Assembly: GCA_041663445.1 (NCBI GenBank)
Contig: JBAYMR010000006.1
Coordinates: forward strand, 10,705 to 74,704
Direction of reading: 5' to 3'
DNA: 64,000 nucleotides
DNA from: Candidatus Micrarchaeia archaeon
GTDB lineage: Archaea; Micrarchaeota; Micrarchaeia; Anstonellales; Anstonellaceae
Shown here: one piece after another, positions 45,751-55,397 of the stretch
Numbering within the stretch: position 1 is the stretch's first letter
How the letters are laid out: the number at the start of each line of letters is the position of its first letter
The notes under the pieces: model-generated
The model's input: the letters and a program-made list of their open reading frames with translations, nothing else
Database searches by the model: none
What the model was told of the DNA's origin: nothing
Translations under genes and position numbers: made by a program

Positions 45751-46881
45751 ATGGCTGAAAAACGCGATTACTATGAAATCCTCGGCGTTGCGCGCGATGC
45801 GACAGCCGACCAGCTGAAGGACGCCTACCGCACGCTCGCGCTCAAGTACCACCCTGACAGGAACAAGGAAGCCGGCGCTGAGGACAAGTTCAAGGAAATC
45901 TCGGAAGCCTACGCCGTGCTCTCGGACAAGGAAAAGCGCGCGACTTACGACCAGTACGGGCATTCCGGGTTCGACCAGCGCTACTCCCAGGAGGACATCT
46001 TCAGGAACGCGAACTTCGAGGACATTTTCCGCGACTTCGGCTTCTCGTTCGGGGGGAGCGGCGGCTCGCCGTTCGATGACATGATTTTCTCCTCCATGTT
46101 CGGCCAATCGCCAAGGCGCAGCCAGGGCAGGGGCACGGATTTGCGCTATGACCTTTACATCACGCTCGAGGAAGCCGCGCACGGGGTTTCAAAGGAGCTC
46201 TCGTTCAGGCGCAACAGGAAATGCGGGGCGTGCAAGGGCAGCGGCGCAGAACCTGGAAGCAAGGTGGCGACGTGCTCAAAATGCAACGGGCGCGGGCAGG
46301 TCAGGACGGTGCGCAGGATGGGCGCGTTCGGGAGCTTCACTTCCGTTGGCGCCTGCCCCTCGTGCAATGGCAAGGGTGTGCGCGCCTCCAAGGCGTGCAA
46401 GGCATGCGAAGGCAGCGGCATGGCGCAAGCGGACGAGAAATTCTCGGTTGACATCCCTGCCGGCGTGGACACGGGCTCGCAGCTCCGCCTGGCGGGCCTG
46501 GGCGAGGCGGGGCCGGCGGAAAGCGGCGACCTTTACGTCTTTGTCACGGTGAAGCCGCACCCGGTTTTCAGGCGCGAGGGCGACGATGTCTTCATCGAGG
46601 CGCCGATAGGCTTTTCACAGGCGGCGCTCGGCGCGGAAATCGAGGTGCCCACGCTTTCAGGCAAGGCAAAATTCACAATCCCGCAGGGAACGCAGACGCA
46701 TACGGTTTTCCGCCTGAAAGGCGAAGGCATGCCCCATGTGCGCGGCAGGGGGAAAGGGGACCAGCTAATCAAGGTGATAGTCCGCACTCCCGCCAACCTG
46801 TCTGAAAAGCAAAAGAAGGCGCTTGCCGACCTTGGCGACGGCGACTTCAAGAAAGGCGTGTTCGACCAGATGTTCCGCTAG
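45751..46881 (+). CDS. dnaJ: Co-chaperone DnaJ (Hsp40)
   Basis: J domain DYYEILGV...KYHPDRN, and four CxxCxGxG zinc-finger repeats ([32 protein letters not shown]). Confidence 0.95.
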   Translation: MAEKRDYYEILGVARDATADQLKDAYRTLALKYHPDRNKEAGAEDKFKEISEAYAVLSDKEKRATYDQYGHSGFDQRYSQEDIFRNANFEDIFRDFGFSFGGSGGSPFDDMIFSSMFGQSPRRSQGRGTDLRYDLYITLEEAAHGVSKELSFRRNRKCGACKGSGAEPGSKVATCSKCNGRGQVRTVRRMGAFGSFTSVGACPSCNGKGVRASKACKACEGSGMAQADEKFSVDIPAGVDTGSQLRLAGLGEAGPAESGDLYVFVTVKPHPVFRREGDDVFIEAPIGFSQAALGAEIEVPTLSGKAKFTIPQGTQTHTVFRLKGEGMPHVRGRGKGDQLIKVIVRTPANLSEKQKKALADLGDGDFKKGVFDQMFR

Positions 46882-47016
46882 CGCACGACGCGGAACAGGC
46901 GGCTCACAAGCCGGATGTTTCGATGAAGAATGAATCGAAACAGACAGGCGCAGCCTGGATGTTCCGCTAGCGCACGACGCGGAACAGACGGCTCACAAAG
47001 CCGGATGTTCCGCTAG
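46869..47016. repeat. Tandem duplication of the dnaJ 3' end and its downstream hairpin
   Basis: The 45-bp unit GATGTTCCGCTAGCGCACGACGCGGAACAG[G/A]CGGCTCACAA(A)GCCG occurs at 46869-46913 and 46958-47003. A third GATGTTCCGCTAG is at 47004-47016 and a degenerate GATGTTTCGATG at 46914-46925. Confidence 0.8.
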
Positions 47017-47729
47017 CCCTGAAGCTTCTCTATCCTGGACACTTCCTTCTCTACCCGCGCGTATACCTCAAGAGGGACCCTGCTTTCGTTTTTCAGGTCA
47101 GCGTGGCAGGCGTCCGCAAGTATCTGCATGTTTTGCACTCCGTTTTCGTTGCGCACTCCGTACTGCGTATATGGGAAAATGGCGGTTATGCGCGCTTTCA
47201 GGTTCCTGGCATCCGTGCTGTTCGCATAGACCTTTCCGCTCATTTTTGCAAACATATAAACGTTTGCCAGCACCGTGCCCAGCCCGCCCTTTGCAACATC
47301 CAGGCCGTTTTCCGCCTGCCCTGGCTTTTTTCCCGCGCGCCCCGCCTCCAGTTCGTCAAAATAAATTTCAGACGGGCTTTTCGGCTTTTCAGGCAGGCAC
47401 TGTATCGCAATTTTCTGCCCATTGCCCTTTGGCTCGGCAAGCGCGTATTTGGGGCTGGCCTCGATGCCCTTGATGAAATCAATTTTGCAGGCGTTCACCC
47501 TCTGCCTGAGGTATATATTGCTTATATCATCCCTGAGAATCAGCTCGCGCCAGCTTACGTTGTCCTGGTGCCATTCGCAGTATGTTTTCGCCCTCTTGAA
47601 CTGCCGCAGGGCGCGGACCAATTGCGCATTGTCCATCTTTTCCGGAAATCCCCTGATTGTCGCCTCAAGGCGCATCACCGGGTTGGGCATCTTCCTGAGA
47701 ATAAACTGGTTAACGCTCACAATATCCAC
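47013..47729 (-). CDS. Hypothetical protein
   Basis: 238-aa ORF. Its CTAG stop lies inside the third copy of the dnaJ-end repeat. No motif recognised. Confidence 0.5.
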   Translation of the reverse strand: MDIVSVNQFILRKMPNPVMRLEATIRGFPEKMDNAQLVRALRQFKRAKTYCEWHQDNVSWRELILRDDISNIYLRQRVNACKIDFIKGIEASPKYALAEPKGNGQKIAIQCLPEKPKSPSEIYFDELEAGRAGKKPGQAENGLDVAKGGLGTVLANVYMFAKMSGKVYANSTDARNLKARITAIFPYTQYGVRNENGVQNMQILADACHADLKNESRVPLEVYARVEKEVSRIEKLQG

Positions 47730-47828
47730 CTCTTATCATATCTTTACTATTAGTAACACTTTATAAAATCATATTCGCGTTCAAGTGCAATAGGCACTTT
47801 TTTATTACATTTCCCTCCAATCCGCTTC

Positions 47829-49385
47829 ATGGCAGATGAAAAAAACGAAGACGAGGCAAAAAAATCCCTTCACTGGTCCGAGCTGCTTGCGCAGGAAATA
47901 ATCTCCACCAAGCGCGAGCCATACGTCATCAGCGGAGGCCTGACCACGTCCGGCCCCACGCACCTGGGGACGGTGTGCGAATTCCTTTTCCCGCAGGCGA
48001 TAGTGGACTCGCTCCGCTATACCGACAAGGAGGCAAAATATTATTTCGTTGCCGACATCTTCGACGCATTCGACGGCGTGCCCTCGGTTTTCGAGCAGTA
48101 CAAGTCCGTGCTCGAGCCGCACCTGGGCAAGCCCCTCACGGCAGTCCCAGACCCGACGGGCAAGACCGCGTCGTTCGGCGACTACTTCCTTGCTGACGCA
48201 AAGGCGGCGATGGACAAGTTCGGAGTGAAGCCCGAGATTGTACGCGCCACGGACCTGTACTCAGGCGGCGCGATGGACAAGTACGCAAGGATGTTCCTCA
48301 AGGAAGAGAAGAAAATGCGCGAGCTTGTCGCCCGCACATCGCTGCGCGAAGCGCTTCCCGACTGGTGGTCGCCCATAATGCCGGTATGCGAAAAATGCGG
48401 CAAAATCGCCACCACGCGCGTGGTTTCCCACGACGGCGAAACGTACGAATACGCCTGCGACCGCGACGTGAAATACACGAAGGGCTGCGGCTATGTCGGC
48501 AAGGCGAAAATATCCGGCCACAGCTACAAGCTCACCTGGCGCCTCCACTGGCCGGCATGGCAGGACCATTTCAACACCGCGGCGGAAGGCGGCGGGGTGG
48601 ACCACTTCACGCGCGGAGGCAGCCGCGACACGCTCGTCGCGGTCTTCAAGGAGATTTTCAAGAAGGAGCCGCCCATCGGCTACAAGTTCGGTTTCATTTT
48701 GTTCGAGGGCAAGAAGTACAGCAAGAGCAAGGGCACCGGCATGGGCGTAACGGAACTGATGGAGCTCATTCCCATCGAGGTGCTCAAGTACATGCTCCTC
48801 AAGCCCGACATCCAGGAAAACGTGGACATCAACCCCACGCCCATCAACGTGCTCCGCGCCATCGAGGACTATGAAAAGGCGCTCGCGTTCATCTCATCCG
48901 GGAAACTGGAAATCCTCTCGCGCGCGGACAGGAAGCGCGCGCTTGCCGCAAAGCTCTCGTCCGAAGGCGCAGCCGGCGGCAGGGGATGGAAGACGCCTTT
49001 CATTGACCTCATACTCTACCGCAACCTCCAGTGGGGCTGGGACCAGATAGTGCAGGCTACCGGCGACGCATCCGCGGTGGTGAAGCTCCAGCCTTACATC
49101 GAGGCGTGGGAAAAGAAAGGGTTCATCCCCGAAGAATATGCATTCGCCTACAAGCCGCAAAAGGCAGGCGAGAACGCAGCTGCGTTTTTCAGCAGGCTCG
49201 CGCCGGGCATGCCCGCGCTCGACATACACAACGCGGCATTTGCAGCTGTAAAGGAAAGGAACGTCCCTGCTGCAAAGATGTTCGAGGAATGCTACCTTGC
49301 CCTGCTCTCAAAGCCGCGCGGCCCCAAGCTCGGGAAGCTTGTGGAGGCGATAGGCATTGAAAAAGTGAAGAAGGACGTGCTTTAG
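47829..49385 (+). CDS. lysK: Lysyl-tRNA synthetase, class I
   Basis: 518 aa. HIGH-like SGPTHLGT and KMSKS-like KYSKSKGTG. The length and order match archaeal class I LysRS. Confidence 0.9.
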   Translation: MADEKNEDEAKKSLHWSELLAQEIISTKREPYVISGGLTTSGPTHLGTVCEFLFPQAIVDSLRYTDKEAKYYFVADIFDAFDGVPSVFEQYKSVLEPHLGKPLTAVPDPTGKTASFGDYFLADAKAAMDKFGVKPEIVRATDLYSGGAMDKYARMFLKEEKKMRELVARTSLREALPDWWSPIMPVCEKCGKIATTRVVSHDGETYEYACDRDVKYTKGCGYVGKAKISGHSYKLTWRLHWPAWQDHFNTAAEGGGVDHFTRGGSRDTLVAVFKEIFKKEPPIGYKFGFILFEGKKYSKSKGTGMGVTELMELIPIEVLKYMLLKPDIQENVDINPTPINVLRAIEDYEKALAFISSGKLEILSRADRKRALAAKLSSEGAAGGRGWKTPFIDLILYRNLQWGWDQIVQATGDASAVVKLQPYIEAWEKKGFIPEEYAFAYKPQKAGENAAAFFSRLAPGMPALDIHNAAFAAVKERNVPAAKMFEECYLALLSKPRGPKLGKLVEAIGIEKVKKDVL

Positions 49386-50345
49386 ATGAAAGCCGATTCC
49401 ATCAGATTCGCCGAAGAGCGCCGCTCATCTTGCGAACACTCGCCAAGCCGGCAGGGAAGCGGCCTGGCGATGCAGGCTGCCAACAAGGAATACTACTCCT
49501 CCAAGGGCAAGGCGATATACTCCGACTTCTCCACATTCGCGCAGGGCAGGGCGCTTGCCACCGCCAACGCAATCGAGTTCGTGCGCGATTTCCCGAACCG
49601 GAGCGGCGAAATAACCGTCTGCGAATACGGGGTGGGCAAGGGCGACTTTGCCCGCTCATTCCTGGACGAGGTGAAGCGCCGCAGCCCCAAGCTTTACAGC
49701 CGCACGCGCTACCATCTTTTCGACATCTCCGAAAAAATGCTCGCCGATGCGCAAAAGGGCCTTGCAGCGCACGCCGCGCGCTGCGAGTTCCACGAATTCG
49801 ACGCGGCGCAAGAGCTGCCCTCGCTGCCATTCGACTACTGCAGGATAAACGAGCTTCTCTCCGACCTGCCCGCCGAGATTTACGCGCGCAATGGCAGCAG
49901 CGTGCCGACCTCGAACCTTTTCGTCCAGAAGTTCCTTTCAAGGGTGGACGACAAGAGGCAAATCCCGTTCCCGTTCGTGGCTGAAAAATTCCTGGTCGCG
50001 CTCTGCAACTGCGGCAGGCGCAATTTCAGGATTGACGTGTTCGACTATGGCTTTTACACCGCGGATGACATCTTCTCCATGCCGCGCGAGGAATGGAACG
50101 CACTCGTCGCGCGCGAGTACGGGGGGCAGATAACAGTTGACCTCAACTTCCTGCAGCTTTCCTCCGCCATCCGCTCCGAGCATTTCGGGGTGGAAGTGGA
50201 GAGGCAGAAGGAATATGCCGAGCGCGCGCTCGGCGCCAAGCTCGAGCTTTGCGAATTGGACGGCCCGCTCGACTATGTCCCGAAAAAGGCAAACGACGGC
50301 GTGGAGGAGGACGACGGGTTCTACCATCTCCGCATCGAGGCATGA
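49386..50345 (+). CDS. SAM-dependent methyltransferase-like protein (MidA/DUF185-like, tentative)
   Basis: 319 aa. The ATG abuts the lysK stop. ITVCEYGVGKGDFARSFLDEV resembles a SAM-binding motif I, and ITVDLNFLQL resembles the MidA C-terminal block. Confidence 0.45.
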   Translation: MKADSIRFAEERRSSCEHSPSRQGSGLAMQAANKEYYSSKGKAIYSDFSTFAQGRALATANAIEFVRDFPNRSGEITVCEYGVGKGDFARSFLDEVKRRSPKLYSRTRYHLFDISEKMLADAQKGLAAHAARCEFHEFDAAQELPSLPFDYCRINELLSDLPAEIYARNGSSVPTSNLFVQKFLSRVDDKRQIPFPFVAEKFLVALCNCGRRNFRIDVFDYGFYTADDIFSMPREEWNALVAREYGGQITVDLNFLQLSSAIRSEHFGVEVERQKEYAERALGAKLELCELDGPLDYVPKKANDGVEEDDGFYHLRIEA

Positions 50346-50346
50346 C

Positions 50347-50661
50347 GTGCGCTTTTCTGCCTTGCAAAAAGCAAAGCTTTCCGGGCTTACTCCGTTCCAG
50401 CGCAGTGTCCTTTTCGAGTGCGCGAAAATCCCGAAAGGGCAGGTGCGCACCTATTCGCAAATCGCGCGCGCAGTTGGCAAACCCCGCGCCGCGCGCGCAG
50501 TGGGCAACGCGCTTGCGGAGAATCCGCTCGCGCCCATCATCCCATGCCACCGCGTGGTGCGCGCCGACGGGCAACTCGGCGGCTATTCGGCAAAGGGCGG
50601 GCAGGCGAAAAAGCGGTGGCTGCTAAAGTCAGAAATGGGCGAGAGTGGAAGAAGCGTTTAA
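50347..50661 (+). CDS. ogt: Methylated-DNA-protein-cysteine methyltransferase, C-terminal (active-site) domain only
   Basis: 104 aa from GTG 50347, 1 nt after the previous stop. LTPFQRSV...VRTYSQIA...NPLAPIIPCHRVV contains the PCHR active site. Confidence 0.8.
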   Translation: MRFSALQKAKLSGLTPFQRSVLFECAKIPKGQVRTYSQIARAVGKPRAARAVGNALAENPLAPIIPCHRVVRADGQLGGYSAKGGQAKKRWLLKSEMGESGRSV

Positions 50662-50895
50662 ATACACTTCCATACACATTACAGCCCTGCGTGGGAGAAA
50701 AAAGGGCAAATTTGCAATTTGCCGGTGGCCTTGCCAATCGCAAGCGCGCTACGCAAGATTATTAAACAGTTCGGGAATATCTCAGACACTCCTACTTACA
50801 TAAGGCGCGGCACATGCGGCGCCACGGAGTTCGCTGCCTGATTTGCCGAGGCAAATGGGCGCTGAACCCCTGAGGGAGTTCACTGAGGTGTCATT

Positions 50896-51432
50896 ATGGG
50901 ACTTAGACCAGCAAAAACATGCAGGACGCTTGAAAAGAAGCCGTGGGCCCGCTACTCGAAGAGGAAGCCCCGCAAATCCTTTGTCAAGGCAATGCCGCAC
51001 CTGTCGCTCCTCGTCTATGAGATGGGGGACAGGAAGGGCAAGTACGATTACACGTACGACCTGGTGGCGGACTACGACGTCCAGCTGCGCGACAACTCGC
51101 TTGAGGCTGCGCGCCAGGCTGCGAACAAGTATCTGGAAAAATTGATCCTCAACCAATATTTCTTCAAGGTGCGCGTATATCCGCACAATGTGATACGCGA
51201 AAACAAAATGATTGCGGGCGCAGGCGCCGACCGTCTGCAAAAAGGGATGAGGAAAGCGTACGGCAGGGCAACCGACCGCGCGGCGAGGATACACAAGGGG
51301 CAGGAAGTGTTCACGGTTGACATCGCGAAAGCGAACGTGCCGTTCCTCATGGACGCATTCAGGCGTGCCAAGCTCAAGATGTGCGGGAGCTTCACCATCC
51401 GCCAATCGCCGTATAAATCACGGTCATCTTAG
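50896..51432 (+). CDS. rpl10e: Ribosomal protein uL16 (L10e)
   Basis: 178 aa. RVYPHNVIRENKMIAGAGADRLQKGMR signature. GAGGTG lies 7 nt upstream of the ATG. Confidence 0.93.
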   Translation: MGLRPAKTCRTLEKKPWARYSKRKPRKSFVKAMPHLSLLVYEMGDRKGKYDYTYDLVADYDVQLRDNSLEAARQAANKYLEKLILNQYFFKVRVYPHNVIRENKMIAGAGADRLQKGMRKAYGRATDRAARIHKGQEVFTVDIAKANVPFLMDAFRRAKLKMCGSFTIRQSPYKSRSS

Positions 51433-51440
51433 GGGGTATT

Positions 51441-53633
51441 ATGGGAGAAGGGCACTACATAGAAACGGATTTCGACGTTCTTCTCTCAACCCTGAAGGAT
51501 GCAAACAAACCCCTTAGCGCAGGCAGGCTCGCCTCGATTTGCGGCATGCGCGAGGTTGAAGTGGTGAAGTGGCTGCACGTGCTTGAGAAATCCGGGCAGG
51601 TCAGGCTTGAAAACCGCTTCAACGGAATCCACGCCTCATGGGCAGGCGCGGAGGAAGAGAAAAAAACCGCGCCCCAGGTTTCCTCGTCCGCAATAGACGT
51701 CGGGGATGTCGGCGGGCAGGCTGGTTTTGAGGCAGACCTGACACTCGCGCACCAGCGCGAGGACGATGCCTCGGGCAAGGCTTCAAGGAAAAAGAAAGGC
51801 GACGTTCCCGCAGTCCAAAACGGCATTTCCGTTTCATCCGCAATTGATGTTGACGACTTGCGCGCCGAGGGGCCGGCGCATGGCATCAAACCCATCCGCG
51901 CCACAAGGGAGGAAAACACCATTGACGCCATCGAGCGCGAGGCAATGGATTCCGAGGAGACAGTTGCGACTGAAATTTCCCCAAAGCCGGATTTCGAGCG
52001 CGAGCCGTTCACGGACGGCAAGGAAGTCGCAAAAGACGGCGTGCTTGAGCTTGAGGAAGAGGCGCGCAGGCTTGCCCCTGATGCCGACGTGCGTGAAAAG
52101 TGGAAAGCCGAGCAGGAGCTTGACCGCGCCGCAGCCGAAAAGGAAAGCGAGGATGCATCCTATGAACGCGAAGGCAGCGCCTTTGCGCGCGAAAGCGAAG
52201 ACGGGGCTGCACGCGAAAGCAAGGGTGAGGCGCCGGAACGCATTGGCGAAGAGGAAACCGCGCCCCGCGCGCGCGTCCGCGTCCCGCAAAAAGGCGTCAT
52301 CACCCCGAAATTCAGCCGTGCCGGCGCCAGGCCTGCAAAAATCGCGAAGATGAAAAAGCCCGCCCCGGTGGAAATAAGCGGCGTCACGCTCCAGTTCTCC
52401 GAAAGGATAGAGCGCCAGATGAGGCGGATTGAGCGCCAGGCGCGCGAGATAGACTCGCTGCGGCAGGAAAAGGAGAAGCTGCTCAACGACCATTACCTCC
52501 CGCTCCAGAACAGGCTCGAATCCGAGCTTGAGACAATCTCGGACCGCGTGATGCGCGTCCAGGGCAAGGTGGCGGGCCTCCAGAAAAATGCCGCCGACCT
52601 GCCATCAAAAATAAGCTCCGTGGAGAAAGTGCAGGTCTCCAGCATAAAGGCGCACGGCGAAATGCGCCGCGCCTACGACGAGGCGTGCGCGCTCCTTGAG
52701 GAATCGGAGAAACAGCTCGCGGAAGAGCGCGAGAAGATGGAACTCATACTTGACCAGAGCCGCGAGGAGCTGGCGCGCCACTCCGCAATGTCGGGCGAGC
52801 TCCACAGCACGATGGAGCGCATAGGGGAGATGGAAACCGAGGCCGCGCGCAGCGTCTCAACCGCGCGCGCCGCGCTTGCGGAGCAGGCGGAAAGGCTGGC
52901 ATCCGCGGAAAGCCATGCGAACGACCTGCGCGCGCTGCGCGGCGAGATAGGCGAGGGCATCGTGGAAATGAAGCGCGAGGTGGCGTCCGCAAAGCGCGTG
53001 CTGTCCGACCTCGAGCGCCAGATGGGCCAGATGCGCCAGATTGAGGAATACACAATCAGCATACGCAAGGACTACGACGAGAAGATGTCCGACATTGACG
53101 ATTACATCAGGAACGGCAACCGCGAGTTCGAGACGCTGCGCGAATCGGTGGAGGCGAACTTCGTGCGCCGCTACCTCCGCGAGCTGCGCGCGCTCACGGA
53201 AAGCTACTCATTCGAATTCAACCAGGCCCGCCGCATGGAGGGCGACATAGACACGCGCATCGCCGACGAGCGCAAGAAGCTCGAGTCGCTGTTCGAGGAA
53301 GGCAAGAAGATTTCCTACCTCTTCGAAACGCAGAGCCGCGCGCCTGAAAATGCAGGCAAGTTCGAGGAGCACGCCGGGACGTTCAACGCGCTTTCGGAAA
53401 TCTCCTCCAACCGCTCGCAGGTCGCGCAGATGATTGCGCAGGTGATTGGCGGCAGGACGGAGAACCTCCCCATGCGCGCGCGCATCAGCGCCACCAAGGG
53501 GAAGGCGGAAGAGCCCGAGCCGATTGGCATCACGAAAATCGTTGACAGGGCAGGGGCGAAGAAGCGCAATGCGAAAAAAGCCAAGCGCGCCGCCCGGAAG
53601 AAGGCGAAGAAAAAGGCAAGGCGCCAAAATTAG
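51441..53633 (+). CDS. Large coiled-coil protein with an N-terminal winged-helix-like domain and a basic tail
   Basis: 730 aa. N-terminal LSAGRLASICGMREVEVVKWLHVLEKSGQVRLE, an acidic low-complexity region, about 350 aa of heptad-rich sequence, and a C-terminal KKRNAKKAKRAARKKAKKKARRQN. Confidence 0.6.
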   Translation: MGEGHYIETDFDVLLSTLKDANKPLSAGRLASICGMREVEVVKWLHVLEKSGQVRLENRFNGIHASWAGAEEEKKTAPQVSSSAIDVGDVGGQAGFEADLTLAHQREDDASGKASRKKKGDVPAVQNGISVSSAIDVDDLRAEGPAHGIKPIRATREENTIDAIEREAMDSEETVATEISPKPDFEREPFTDGKEVAKDGVLELEEEARRLAPDADVREKWKAEQELDRAAAEKESEDASYEREGSAFARESEDGAARESKGEAPERIGEEETAPRARVRVPQKGVITPKFSRAGARPAKIAKMKKPAPVEISGVTLQFSERIERQMRRIERQAREIDSLRQEKEKLLNDHYLPLQNRLESELETISDRVMRVQGKVAGLQKNAADLPSKISSVEKVQVSSIKAHGEMRRAYDEACALLEESEKQLAEEREKMELILDQSREELARHSAMSGELHSTMERIGEMETEAARSVSTARAALAEQAERLASAESHANDLRALRGEIGEGIVEMKREVASAKRVLSDLERQMGQMRQIEEYTISIRKDYDEKMSDIDDYIRNGNREFETLRESVEANFVRRYLRELRALTESYSFEFNQARRMEGDIDTRIADERKKLESLFEEGKKISYLFETQSRAPENAGKFEEHAGTFNALSEISSNRSQVAQMIAQVIGGRTENLPMRARISATKGKAEEPEPIGITKIVDRAGAKKRNAKKAKRAARKKAKKKARRQN

Positions 53634-53794
53634 CAACCTTTTTAACCATTTCCATGTTTAATGGAAGCCACAGGCGGGCTGATTTGTGCCACGGCGCAAA
53701 CGGCCCATTTTTCCGCGAGGAAAAAATCGGAGAGGCATCTGCTTCTCCCGCTTACCAATTCAGCGGCAGTCGCCTCGAATTGGGAGGGACTTAG

Positions 53795-54427
53795 ATGGAC
53801 AAGAAGACGATAACCGAAGCAATAAGCAAAGCCCTGGAAGCCAAGGGCAAGCGCAAATTCACGCAATCCCTAGAGGTAATGGTGAACTTCCGCGGCATTG
53901 ACTTCACCAAGGCAGAAAACCGCCTTAACCTTGACATCATCCTGCCGAAGGGCAAGGGCAAGGAGCAGAAAGTGGTGGTTTTCGCCGACGGGCAGATGGC
54001 GCTTGACGCCAAGAACGCCGGCGTGACTGAGATAATGGACGCGGCGGGCATACAGAAGCTCGCAGCCGACAAGGGCAAGCTCGCAATCATGTCAAAATCC
54101 TGCGAATTCATAGCCCAGCCCAGCCTGATGATTCAGGTCGGAAAATCCCTGGGCCAGGTGCTCGGCGCGCGAGGAAGGCTTCCCCGCCCGGTGGTCGGGA
54201 ACGTGAAGGACGCAGTCGCGCAGGCAAAGAGCCGCGTGCGCATGGTGTCCAAGGGCAAATACCTTCCTGTTGCGCAATGCCTGATTGGCAGCGAGGCGAT
54301 GCCGGTGGCGGACCTCGTGGAAAACTTCAACGCAGTGTATGACAAGGTGCAGGCGAAGGCAACCGAGCCGAACATAAAGTCCATTTATGTCAAGCTTACG
54401 ATGGGCGCGCCTGTCAAGGTCGCATAA
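53795..54427 (+). CDS. rpl1: Ribosomal protein uL1
   Basis: 210 aa. FTQSLEVMVNFRGIDF...LDIILPKGKGKE pattern. Confidence 0.93.
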   Translation: MDKKTITEAISKALEAKGKRKFTQSLEVMVNFRGIDFTKAENRLNLDIILPKGKGKEQKVVVFADGQMALDAKNAGVTEIMDAAGIQKLAADKGKLAIMSKSCEFIAQPSLMIQVGKSLGQVLGARGRLPRPVVGNVKDAVAQAKSRVRMVSKGKYLPVAQCLIGSEAMPVADLVENFNAVYDKVQAKATEPNIKSIYVKLTMGAPVKVA

Positions 54428-54435
54428 GGGTGTTT

Positions 54436-55380
54436 ATGATGACAAAGAAAAAACTCAAATCCGTCCACGCGAAGAAGGAAAGCGTCTCCATCGCGGCGAA
54501 GAAGGAAAACGTGATTGCAATCACCAAGATTGCGGGCAATTTCCCCAACGTCGCCCTCCTCAACATCAGGAACCTCCCTGACCGCATACTCCAGAAGAGC
54601 AAGAAGCAGCTCCGCGGCAAGGCTGATTTCGTGGTTGCGAAAAACTCCACCCTCATCCGCGCGATTGCGGCAAGCAAGAAGGGCAAGGACCTCGCCGAGC
54701 AAATCAACTTCCCGACTGCGCTGGTCTACACCTCGCTCTCGCCATACCAGCTGTTCAAGTTCTTCAAGGACAACAAGGCAAACGTGGCTGCAAAGCCCGG
54801 GATGATTGCGCCCTTCGACATCGTAGTGCCTGAAGGCGAAACCGACCTCATGCCGGGCCCGGCATTGTCCGAGCTCAAGGGCGCTGGGATAAATGCCCAG
54901 ATAAAGGGCGGCAAAATCATAATTGCAAAGGACTCCGTGGTCGCCAAGAAGGGCGCCAAGATTTCCGACAATGTTTGCAAGGCGCTCCAGAAGCTGAACA
55001 TCTTGCCTTTCGAGGCGATGGTGAACATGGTGGCTGCCTACGACGGCAAATTCACCTACACCGGCTCAGTTCTTGACATTGACGAGCACCAGCTCAACGC
55101 TGACCTCGTTGAATGCCTGAGCCAGAGCTTCAACGTGTCCTTCAATGCATCTTTCCCGACATCGCAGAACATCGACGCACTCCTGTCAAGCGCATTCGCG
55201 CAGGGCAGGAACATGGCGATAAACGGCTGCATCTACTCGGCGGCATCGACCGAGTTGCTTCTGACGCAGTCCGTGCTGCTCGGCAACACGCTGGGCAGCA
55301 AGGTCGGGAATCTCGAATCGCAGTCAAACGCGCCCGCAGCCGCTTCTACTGCAGGCGCGCCAGCTGAACAGAAACAGTGA
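54436..55380 (+). CDS. rplP0: Ribosomal stalk protein uL10 (P0)
   Basis: 314 aa from ATG 54436, in the L1-L10-L12 order. NVALLNIRNLPDRILQKSKKQLRG is an N-terminal L10 block. Confidence 0.9.
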   Translation: MMTKKKLKSVHAKKESVSIAAKKENVIAITKIAGNFPNVALLNIRNLPDRILQKSKKQLRGKADFVVAKNSTLIRAIAASKKGKDLAEQINFPTALVYTSLSPYQLFKFFKDNKANVAAKPGMIAPFDIVVPEGETDLMPGPALSELKGAGINAQIKGGKIIIAKDSVVAKKGAKISDNVCKALQKLNILPFEAMVNMVAAYDGKFTYTGSVLDIDEHQLNADLVECLSQSFNVSFNASFPTSQNIDALLSSAFAQGRNMAINGCIYSAASTELLLTQSVLLGNTLGSKVGNLESQSNAPAAASTAGAPAEQKQ

Positions 55381-55397
55381 ATGTAGGAGGTAGTAAT

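Noticed and set aside
53634-53794. Possible L1 autoregulatory mRNA site upstream of or at the start of rpl1 (GGGAGGGACTTAGATGGAC; hairpins at about 53712-53737 and 53741-53760).
   Set aside because: I cannot recall the L1-binding consensus precisely enough to match it by eye. It needs comparison with the 23S rRNA L1 stalk of this organism, which is not in the window.
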